Part shown: positions 53,411-64,000 of the stretch, one piece after another
Layout of the letters: every line of letters starts with the position of its first letter
Numbering within the stretch: the first letter of the stretch is position 1
Assembly: GCA_964016885.1 (NCBI GenBank)
Contig: OZ024753.1
Location: 1 to 64,000 of the forward strand
Direction of reading: 5' to 3'
DNA from: Eledone cirrhosa
Taxonomy: Eukaryota
Length of the DNA: 64,000 nucleotides
Translations under genes and position numbers: made by a program
Notes under the pieces: model-generated
The model's input: the letters and a program-made list of their open reading frames with translations, nothing else
What the model was told of the DNA's origin: nothing
Databases searched by the model: none

Positions 53411-56214
53411 TCTCAAATGATATATATACAGGGTGTTTCCAAAAACGTGTAAAGTTTATTCCGGGTTCAATCACAGCTAACAACAGTAAGTAAGGTACTC
53501 AATTCATAACAGAGTATAAATATTTAATATAGTAATGACTTCTACATGACTATAACTTTCATTCAGGAGAATTATATACGAGCGTGCGTGTGTTTTAATG
53601 ACCGTATACATACATCCCTCCCCTCAAACAGTCCTTCACAATGTCTGGTTCCGGTTTCTCATCATTGTCAAGTCACACCTTAGCACGTTTTGTATTGAGA
53701 AGTGTCCATCCAATTCACAGTACTTGCATCCGATACTGTGCTGCCGCTGTGAAAGGGGTTTCGAGCGGCCAACTCGACTGTCACTTCTCATAACAGTGCA
53801 ATCTAGTCCCAGGCTGCCACGGTCGTCTTTCGTATTGAGAAGTATCCATCGCGGGGAGAGGGCCCGGCTCCGAAATTGGGGTGCCGCTGTGAGAAGGATT
53901 CGGTGCGGCAAACTGGCCTCTTCCTCCTCATAATGATATCACTGGTCACTTCGCATAGTTGTGCCATCCAACGCCATGCTCCAAAACTGGCTGTAAAATA
54001 CTCAGCCGAAAAGAGTGTTTGGGACATAAAGGTTTTTAGATAAATATAAACACTTAGAGCGTGATTCTCGGGGAGATTCAGCATCAAACATTCATCTATA
54101 TATACCACAGACAAATTATATATATAATATACAGTTCTACTCCTGCAGAAGACATTTCTAGATTCAATATTTATACTCTGCTATGTATTGAGTACCTTAC
54201 TGTGGTTACCCCAGATTGAACCTGGGACCAACTCACACACACATTTTTATATATACACCTACCCATACACATGCACTCAGTTTGACATACGCACAGATAC
54301 ATTCTGATATAATGGCTGCGGTTAAAGATCGGAAGTAGGGTGTATGTCAGAAATTAGATTCTTTTATTGTTAACAAAGAACAAAGAACATGGCGGTAAAT
54401 GTTGACTGACTCCAAAAGATAAAAAATAAATATTCGTTAATTTTTTTAAAAATTATATTTCAGCTTTTCTTTGTAAATATTCATTTCCTCTCAATAATCT
54501 ATATGACATATCATCACTGTTAGATACACATGTGTATTATCGGAATCAAAGAAACAACAACACGCGTAATTGTCTGTATCTCTATAACTGTGTCTTTCTA
54601 TCTAACCCCCGCCCCCTCCTCTCTCTATATATACATATATCTTTCTATCAGTATGTCTATCTTTCACCAATTCTATTTCCTTCACTTTGACTACGTAGCC
54701 CAACTGGTGGCGACAGTGTTGGTGTAGTGGTGTGTAGTGGTGTGTTGGTGGTGTGTGTTGGTGTGGTGGCGTGGTGGTGTAGTGGTGTGGTGGTGTTGTG
54801 GTGATGAAATATCAACCACGTGGAACACAAAATAGAATGAATACTACTACTAATACTACAAACAACAATAATAATTGTTTCTGCTTTGGGCAAAATGCAA
54901 ACATTTTGAGAGGACGCTCTACCGATTACTGCAGGCACGTTACCCATCTAATAATAATATACTGTACATAAAAATCACAACACCATACATAATGACTGCG
55001 CCCTCGTTATCGAGTATGGCCATTGCGAGATATAACATTATTGATAACTAGCAGTTTAGCCCGGCGTTACTCGGGTTTGTTCATTTGCTATGAAAAGTTA
55101 CATACAGGTAAACGTAGCTTGAAAGCGCATAATCTTATCAATTAAGTGCATAAAGCAGTTGAACCGGTTATTAATAGTTACAAACCAATTAGCATTTTGG
55201 ACAATCAATGATGGCTTAATAATCTTCCAATAGCGAATTTAGTAGAACAAAGTTGCAAGATGGTGGCCCTGGTGCCGCTGCGTGTCAGATCTGTCCGCTA
55301 TGGGTGACCCAACCAGTTTTCCAGACGGCATAACTCAAACATCTATAGCACTTCATAGTAGACGATATTGCGTGTCATCCCTTGAGGAGTGTAAGCAAAA
55401 AGTCCATTCCTGCTCCATACGCGGAAACTGGCAACAAAGTTGGCCATGGGAGAAGCATGGCTCCCCCAAATGGATGACCGCCACCAACAATGTTTGCCCT
55501 TGTGACTTGTTAATGGACTTGGAAAAAAAAAAAAAAATGGTCTCACCGGGAATTGGGATCGCCGGAAATCGAACGGGATATCTGACGCCGAGGGGCAAAG
55601 GTTCATCCTTGGAATGAAAACATTCTCCCCTCTCCAGCACCCCGTTACAATGGTGGCCTCAATCAAGTGCAGCGTCAGTGACTTGACGACCATGCGAGTA
55701 CCGTTGCACTGCTTTGGTGGACGCAAGTTCCTTATTAGCATAATGGGACAGCCAACCCTAAGCTTAAGAATAAGAGGTGGGAGCCCTGGGGAATTTAATA
55801 ACTCAACCGGATAATTAACGATATCGTCGGGGTCTGACGCCAGGTCGATAGATTTGAAGATGTCTTCTTTACCGGGAATCTTCTCAATCAGCTGCTCGTT
55901 AATAAAATTAACCATGGTATTTTTCCGAGCAAGGATGGCTCTTTCGCTGAGCTAATCGAGGTTTTTAAAGTTAGATGAGACATTAGAAAAAACTGCTTCC
56001 AAAAGGTCAGAAGGGCTGCTCACAATGTTGCACAGGGAGTCGATTGCTATTCCGCCTTTGTCATCCGCAGGGACCTTGCCCTCACAAAGTGCTAAAATAT
56101 TCTGACCAAATGCTGCAGACATGTCACCATGCAAATGAGCACGCATATTTGTGCTCAAGTACAAACTCTTCACCTGGAGCCACAACATGGACGACTTAAG
56201 GCAGGCAGGCACGC

Positions 56215-56710
56215 ACTTCTGCTCTTGTCAAGGTGAACGGCTACCTCTCGGAGCCGTTCGAAATCGCGCGGTCCATCCGACAAGGGTGCCCTCTCTCCTT
56301 CCTTCTGTATGTAATGACTAGAGCCACTGCTGCAGAAGTTGGAGTTGTTAATGCCGTCGTCGGGCGGAGGTGGCGAACACATCTACTACCGCCTGACCGT
56401 CGTGCCTTGCCCAAGGGAAACGCTCTCCAAAATGGAGCGCACACTCTTCCAATTCCTTTGGAAGAAGCGGGCTCCTATGGTGAGGAGATCCATCTGCTGT
56501 CAACACCCTTCGAAAGGAGGGCTGAGATGCCGTGGCTGGTGATGCGTAAACACGCATTAAGGCTACGGCACCTCCAGGTATTCATCACCGGTCAACCGGT
56601 GTGGGCCCCGTTTGTGAGGCGAGCCTTTCCCAGACTCGTCTCGCTCACCGAGCTGCAATCCTGGGTCAAGCAAAGACCGAGAAAATCACCCAGACACCTT
56701 TGGTAATGCT
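56215..56710 (+). mobile_element. Tx1/L1-clade LINE RT fragment
   Basis: VNGYLSEPFEIARSIRQGCPLSFLLY and LFQFLWKKR..RRSICCQHPSKGGL; internally deleted and GC-rich. Confidence 0.85.
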
Positions 56711-57058
56711 GTTTCGCAAAATTAATTGTGAAGAGGAATACCAATTCTTGCTCATCAGTGGATGAAGAATTATTATCATGGACATTTCTAAGTATATTAA
56801 AAAACTGAATAGTGTGCGTATATATAACGCACATGGTATCTGAACTTAGCGTGTCTCACAAACTCCCACCACTAAAGATAGCAGCCAAGTTTGTATTTAT
56901 TTTATTGATTTATTCTTAAATTGTCTATAGTTAGTATTCTTTTCACCTTAGCGAATCTCATGCCTTACTATTTGAACACATGTATATATCTGTGTTCGTT
57001 TTTCTTTTATATTCAATTATGATATATATATATATATATTTATTAAAATAACAGATTA

Positions 57059-57111
57059 AAGTTTAAGCAAAGAATCGCTGCTTTCACCCTTAACGGGATC
57101 TTCTGAAACTC
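57059..57111 (-). ncRNA. Variant type I hammerhead ribozyme-like fold (second copy)
   Basis: GAGUUU-CAGAAGA-U-CCC-GUUAA-GGG-U-GAAA-GCA-loop-UGC-UU-AAACUU with a fully paired stem I (one G.U). Confidence 0.55.
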
Positions 57112-57144
57112 ACATACATACGTACATACATACATACGTACATA

Positions 57145-57214
<70 letters not shown>

Positions 57215-58490
57215 TATCTGCGCATGCGCGTGTGTGTGTGTGTGTGTGAATGTGGCGAAGATTAACGTCATTGCTGACGTCATGGATCATAATGTCGTTA
57301 TGCAGACAGCCAGACATACAAACAGATATTATAAGGGCACGATGGAGATCGATAACTGGTGCCTAACACCTCTTTAAAAACAGAAAATTGAAAAATAAAA
57401 GCTGCAGTTAATATCTTTAGACCACAAGGAATATATAAATGCAAGTTTGAAGCCAATCAGAGTAGAAATGTGGATTTGTATAGACTTTGCAAAAATGAGG
57501 AGAGACACACACAGTTTTATATATATATATGATATGAGTGTGCGGCGTTGTATCTATATCTTTCTAATTATGTCACTGAAAACATTGCCTTTCTTTTCAC
57601 ATTTTAGAAATGACACTGTTCAATTATATGACCTTATAGAAGTGTCTAGAAGAGAGAGAGAGATTAAGCATACCTTATGGTTTGGCACCACTGGGTCGGG
57701 CCTCTTTTCGTGGCAGGGTCTCCTTAGCTCCAGGGAAGTATTTCTCAAAACCATCTGGTACATTGCTGTTGCGTAGCAGAGCCCAGTCCTTCATTAGGGA
57801 CAACAACGGCCGTGGTGAAGCAGTTACATATTTAGAGGTAACGTAGGAATGACGATATATCTGAAATAGAGATTTTAGGGGTTATAAAGGGCCAGGGTTA
57901 AAGGTGGGGTAGATATGATATATCTGAATATATAGAATGGTGGTGTTGGTGGTGATGTAGTGTGATGGTGGTAGTGTAGTATGGCAGTGTTATAGTGTCT
58001 GGTAGTGCTGTAGTGTGTGGTAGTGTTCTAATGTAGGTTCAGTATGTGATGGTGGGGCTTCAATGGTTAGTGTGTTGCACTCATAAACATAACATCAAAC
58101 CCTAGGTCTGGCAGCACATTGCATTAATAAGCCAGTTGCTTCATTTCAAGTTTTTCGGGATAGAACTGGAGTCTATCATTACAACAACCGGGAAACCTCC
58201 TATGTGAGGACACCCTTGTCCATCTACCTATCTATATACATAGATCCACACACAAATGTTTATGGATCTGTATTTTTGTGTATGAAAAAAATGGAAAAAA
58301 TTAAAATCTCAAGTTAGGCTACTCTATAATTTAACTATTTGGTTCTCTTTGTTGGGTGTGGGTGTGTTTTATTTAGAAAGTTCAGACAGACAGCCATACA
58401 GATACATGATATGAGGGCAACGCGTCGTATCAATGTATCTAATTATTTGTCACTTCAAAGCTTGCTTGCTTTTCTTTTAACATTAAGTGT

Positions 58491-58532
<42 letters not shown>

Positions 58533-59270
58533 GAGAGAAAGCATACCTTTTGGTTTGGCACCACTGGGTCGGGCCTCTTTTCGGGGTGGGGGGTCTTCTT
58601 AGTTCCAGGGAAGTATTTCTCAGTGTCCGAATTGTCCTCACATTCAGAGTGCCCATAAGCCTTGACAACCTTAGTGCTGTTAAATCGACTACATGGTTCT
58701 TTTATTATTTCACCCATAAATGGGGCCCTAACAGGTAACACTGCTCCGGGCCAGAGCAGACCTGGGAGTTATGACAACTAAGGGGTAACTCCACATTCCC
58801 CACAGCTCATGAATTGCCGAAATGGAGCCTTGTCACTGGATGTAGTTTAATGTCATACCCAGGACAATATGTGTGTGTCATTATATATATATATATATAT
58901 GATAGATAGATATACACGGGTGTGTATGATTATGTATAGAAGATTATATTAATAAAAGGAATTCCAACTTTGATTTACTCGTTTTATTTACAATCCTTTA
59001 AAATTTATAGTATTAGAATGAAATAGTATGGTAGAATATTAAATGTTAAGTGTTAATTGAACAAGTACTTTCATGCTTTCGCAATCTTCAGGTTCATAAT
59101 GTGTGGTGACAGTCAAGTTTGCAATTTTCAACTGTAATGAGATGGGTAAATTTTGCCACTGTGAAAAGTGGCTCCAGAATGCTAAATCTTGAAAACTGTA
59201 TTTCGACCAATCGGTGTGTAGTTTCACTGGATTACTAAAGCTGATTGGTTTAGGCGTCACAGTTGGTTGA

Positions 59271-59320
<50 letters not shown>

Positions 59321-59347
59321 TGGTTTGACAGATTTAACCTGAAGCAT

Positions 59348-59670
59348 ACGGAAAATACAGGATAAAGAGTAAAATGTACAGATCGTTTCAATAACTATTT
59401 CATCTCCCAGACAGATTAGAGATTTAATCTGTTTCGCCCTGAGAATTGTGTTTGTAACAGATAATCCGTAGGCATCATCAGCGAGAGATAAGATGAAATG
59501 TGACAAACACCTAAAACTAAAAGCTACACGAATGAATATTTCACCTCGTGCGAGCAAACGGAAAATACAGGATAGAGTAAAATGTACACACAGTTTCAAT
59601 AACTATTTCATCTCCCGGACAGATTAGAGATTTAATCTGTTTCGCCCTGAGAATTGTGTTTGTAACAGAT
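59348..59670. repeat. Direct repeat of ~115 bp (period ~210 bp) with an internal hairpin
   Basis: acggaaaatacaggat...tgtaacagat at 59348 and 59558, each containing ACAGATTA/TAATCTGT. Confidence 0.9.
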
Positions 59671-60309
59671 CAGGAGACTGACTATTGTGCGTATATAAAT
59701 TAACGCACATGGCATAAATACATACATCTAATTATATGTCAGTTAAAACCTTGCCTTTCTTTTCACATTTTACAGACAGCCACAATGCTGAATTATATGA
59801 TCTTATGTCAGTGTATGGGAGAGAGAGGGGGGGGGGGGTGAGCAAGCCAGGGTTTAGTCCCACATTTAAGATCATAGGTAACATTTATCATATAAGAAGC
59901 TTCAAGAAAGTCATTAAAATGCCAGTCTCTGAAAATGTGAATATTGTCCTGTGCTACTGTTTCCTTGTGGGAATGATGGGTTTCGGGTTGGTTTGAAAAG
60001 GATTGACAACAACCACACACTCACACCCACTGGTTATCGGTTTCAGGTTAGGCAAGGTGACTAATGTTGTCGTGAAGAGCAGGTGGCTGATGCAGCAATA
60101 TGCTGTAGATGCCCAGGGAAAAATACAATGTTGTCACCTCAAAATGGCCGTAACAATCGAACCGTGATGTGAGCTGAAAAGTATGAGGGTTTCTATGATG
60201 CTGAGGGAGATTCAGTAAATGAAGGCCGGAGAATTGTTCTTCCACCTTCAATCTATGGTTCCCAATCGCTTCTACACTGAGTGCTTTCAGAATTCGATGA
60301 CTGTGGTTC

Positions 60310-62240
60310 GACATGGTAAAGTCGTCTTATTTCATCACGGTAACAACTAACTCTAACTGGGATGAAATAAAAAATAATTTGCACCCTAGTCAAGAACCTA
60401 GAGACCGTCCTGATATTTGTGCAAGATTCTTCAACATCAAGTATGACAGCCTCATGGGTGACATACTGAAAAAGAAAATGTCCTAGGAAAAGTTGTTGCT
60501 CGTTCTGCTACAATAGAGTGGCAGAAACGAGGCCCCACTCATGCTCATATTCTGCAGATAATGGCTGAAGATAGTAAGCACAAAACTGCTGATGACATTG
60601 ATCAGGTAGTGTACTGTGAGATTCCAATTCTACAGAAGATCATCCCCATCTTGCAACATTCATGGCCCATGTGGACAAGTTAATATGATGTGCTCATGAA
60701 AGGAAGGGCTAGGACAACAATAACAATGCTCAAACAGTTATCCCAAGGCAAACCGCATTTGTTGCCAAAAGTTCCTTTTCAAAGTATAGAAGAAGGGGTA
60801 GACAGCATGGTCAATTGTGAGGTTGTCTACAGTGTCAAGGTTGTTAACTACTTAAAGTACATCACAAAAGGATCAGACAAAATCACTTTCACTATTAAGG
60901 ATGATCGAGGAAATTGTGTCCATGCTCGAAATGAAATTGAGACCTATATCAATGCATGGTACATCTCAGCCAGTGAAGCATTCTGGAAAGTTGCCTTGCC
61001 ATTTACCTGGGGAACAAATGGTCGTGTTTGAGCAAGGGCAGGAAGAAAGTTCTTTCTAGGGGACAGCCAATGACTAAGTTCACGGAATATTTTCAACTGA
61101 ATATTAGAGACCCGCTGGAACAAGATATATTGTATATTGATATTCCTAAATATTTCACTTGGACAAACAAAAAATGGCAAAGAAAAAAAGGGGACATCTG
61201 GATGGTGATCAACAATTTATGAGTGAATCTCTTGGACGCATTCTCAGAAGACATCAATCTGAATTATATTACCTCAGAATGATCATACATCACAAGGCTG
61301 GGTAAACTTCATATAAAGATTAACTTAGTCTGTTGGTCCTCAGCTGCCACAGATCTTCTGCACCATTTAATTGCATTGCACTGCATGCCAAATGACCCTC
61401 TGCAGTTCTGGGAGAAATAGAAGAATTGTCTTGCAGAGGATATCATGCATGAACGTCATGAGCAATTCATGTCCATGCAAACAAATAAATCAACTTCTGC
61501 CAACATTGAATCCTCAGCAACTGGTTCTTTTTCACAAAGTAATTACCTCTGTAAATGAAAATGAGGGCAGAATTTTCTGCTTGAATGCAAGTGCAGGTAC
61601 AGGTCATAAGCATTCTAATGGATTACCTCCAATGTAAAAAAATAATTGCACTTGCCACTGCCATATCTGGAATAGCAGCCACTTTGCTTCACAAACGAAG
61701 AACTCTTCATTCCAAGTGCACGATTCCTCTCAATATGACTGCTGAATCAACTTGCTTCTTCACAAAGAGGGATGACACAGGTAAACTTATGCAGCAAGCT
61801 GACCTGTTAATCATTGATGAGAGAGGTATGGGACATAAGAATATCTTTCAATGCCTGACAGGAGTTTCAAAGATGTTCGAGATTGCAAAAAGCCATTTAG
61901 TGGTATCTGGTGACTAAAACCAAATTCTTCCAGTTCTACGTCATGGTGATAGACCACAAATAGTTGAAACAACCTTCAAGGGCAGACATTTATCTACAAA
62001 CACAATTCTCACGTATGTTGCATTATCACAAAAAAGAAAATATTAAAATATTAAATGAAAGGTGTCTGTTTGCTGGCAACTGTGTCTACAAAGAAATTCT
62101 ACAGTCATGTGAAACAGCTATCACTCTTTTAGTTGAAATGCATTTCAGTTTCTTTTTAAATGATAGAAAAGGGACACTACAAAAACTTATGTCTATATAT
62201 ACTAGCAGAAAAACGCCCAAAGGGCAGTTCTTCAGCTAGC
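60310..62240 (+). mobile_element. Decayed Helitron Rep/helicase
   Basis: Rep motifs YFITVTTNSNWDEI..DRPDICARFF, IEWQKRGPTHAHIL and YLKYITKG. Helicase motifs LNASAGTG, SGIAATLL..RTLHS, LLIIDE and GD*NQILPV. Possible 3' end gcccaaagggc plus CTAG near 62237. Confidence 0.92.
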
Positions 62241-62363
62241 ATATATAAATATATGTCGTCTCTCTCGGTGTATGTGTGCATATATATATAATGATAAAAT
62301 GCGAAATACTTTCAGATGTTAAAGTCCTTTATTGATAATGCTGCGATACATATTTGTATGACG

Positions 62364-62394
<31 letters not shown>

Positions 62395-62469
62395 TAACAG
62401 GGGAGAGTCATATTGTTATAAATATTGCAAGAAATAATAACAGAACACACGGTTTGGTTTGGGTTGTTT

Positions 62470-62735
62470 TTCGGTGTAGGTGTTGATGAATGGCTTGTGA
62501 GGACATTGCAAGCTTTGTACAGAGGTGCTGTCAGTAAAGTGAGGGTAGGAATGGAGTTTAGTGACAAATTCCAGATACAAGTAGGAATACATCCTGTTTA
62601 CAGAAACTTATCTATGCTGATGATAAAATCAGTAGAAGAGCTTGAGAATAAATTCTGGCTATGAAAACAGAGTTGGAATTAAGAGGACTGAGAGTGAACA
62701 TAGCTAAGACAAAATTGTTGATGAGTAGAAAAGAG
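62470..62735 (+). mobile_element. RTE LINE RT fragment
   Basis: GVDEWLVRTLQALYRGAVSKVRVG, LYADD and GLRVNIAKTK. Confidence 0.85.
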
Positions 62736-62759
62736 GACAAAACTCAGCGGAGAAGGAAA

Positions 62760-63605
62760 CTATGAATAAAATGGCAAGCTGTGTGGTTGCATTTAAGTAT
62801 AATGAAAAGAAAAGTTATGGGCAAAAGAGGGCAATATCCATCGTCAGTTGTCTGCTAGGAATCATAGGCATTTCTTCGCGTTAGAGACAAGATGCCTCAA
62901 CCTAGGGCGAACAATAACTAAAATAAGTTATTGGAATAAAAAAAGGGGGAGAGAGAAAAATGGATACACACATGAAGGGTGAAGAAACGAAAAGAGGAAA
63001 AATCAAGTCAACAACTCATTTTGAACATAAGTTCTGGTGGGTTTAACGAGAAAAAAAAATGCATGTCTTCACTGTAGCAGTGTGAGTGAGAGAAGAGACT
63101 GCTTTAGAAGTGGCAGGTTAGCCGAGAGAAGGTGACTAGCAGAAGAGGGAGAAGGGGGAGAGAGAGCATAGCAACAAGGGGATAGAAGAGAGATGGGTCA
63201 CAACTGAGAAGAAAACTATGTGAATAAAATGGCAAGCTGTGTGGTTGCATTGAAATATAATCAAAATAAAAGTTACGGGCAAAAGAGGGCAATATCCATC
63301 GTCAGTTGTCTGCTAGGAATCATAGGCATTTCTTCGCGTTAGAGACAAGATGCCTCAACCTAGGCCGAACAATAACTAAAATAAGTTATTGGGATAAAAA
63401 AGAGGGGAGAGAGAGAGAAAAATATAAACAGACACAAAGGCTGAAGCAACAAAAAGAAAGGAAAAAAAAAAAAAAAAAAAAAAAAACGAGTGAACAATTG
63501 ATTTCGAACACAAGTTCTGGCGGGTTTGATAAGAAAAAAAGACACATTCACTGTAGAAGTGTGAGCAAGAGAAGAGACAGTTACGGACGAGGAAGGAAGT
63601 GAGCT
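62760..63605. repeat. Tandem duplication, period ~460 bp
   Basis: tgaataaaatggcaagctgtgtggttgcatt...gaacaataactaaaataagttattgg at ~62763 and ~63221. Confidence 0.92.
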
Positions 63606-63790
63606 AGCGGAGGAGTGAGTGAAAATAAGAGAAAGCCAGAAACATACATATATATATATATATATATATACATACATACAAATATATGCATATATACATA
63701 CATATAAATATATACATATATACATATATATGGTGGTTGCCAACTCTTTTTCGAGTACGGCCCCTACTTTATATCCATGTAGGAGAACCC

Positions 63791-63900
63791 CTACCGATGG
63801 GCTGAACGAGTGTGACGTTTTAGTCCAGCCAGTGACTTGAAAACTCTGGTACAAACACTACACTTGTGACAATTATTGACAGTGCTGGGCCAATCGTACC
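63791..63900 (-). mobile_element. C2H2 zinc-finger remnant, probably the C-terminus of a LINE ORF
   Basis: HKCSVCTRVFKSLAGLKRHTRSAHR followed by a stop. A single terminal finger of this kind occurs in some RTE-like ORFs; a host zinc-finger exon is not excluded. Confidence 0.5.
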
Positions 63901-64000
63901 ATGTGACGACGAGTGCAGAGAGATCTCCAGATATAAAGCAATGCCTGTGCTGTGAAGCTTTTATAGTGAGCAAAGGCACTGCACAAAGCCAGTCCCACTC

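Larger units (their letters stand above)
55048..57525 (-). mobile_element. Defective Helitron with Pif1-helicase C-terminal remnant (55330-56212)
   Basis: ACLKSSMLW..LSTNMR, LKLRVGCPIMLIRNL..CNGTRMVV and INKSQGQTL are Pif1 motifs. Hairpin cccggcgttactcggg plus CTAG at 55048. A candidate 5' end TATATAAAACT lies near 57520 (less certain). Confidence 0.8.

Noticed and set aside
53427-53452. Tc1/mariner-like TIR start tacagggtgtttccaaaa
   Set aside because: No partner TIR or transposase remnant was found.

Overview
Chromosome end of an animal genome, most likely an octopod cephalopod (my inference from the tRNA-derived SINE family and the very high (TA)n/(CA)n density). Positions 1-17920 are a (CCCTAA)n telomere with a 90-copy (CCCCAA)n variant block. 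It joins abruptly to an AT-rich subtelomere of three consecutive long hairpins built on a recurring GTAAC..CGCCGTTTT motif. Next come a non-autonomous Helitron and a ~20 kb head-to-tail array of four mosaic 4.3-5.3 kb composite units. Each unit holds decayed RTE-type LINE pieces and two paralogous ~500 bp foldback elements, and the array contains three separate 34-36 bp in-place inversions. Further in are a 3.6 kb combinatorial satellite, two families of type I hammerhead-ribozyme folds (Penelope-like repeat ends), SINEs, and decayed R4/Dong-like, Tx1-like, RTE and Helitron fragments. No intact protein-coding gene is supported; the long ORFs in the track are repeat artefacts. All alignments were done by eye and boundaries of decayed elements are approximate.
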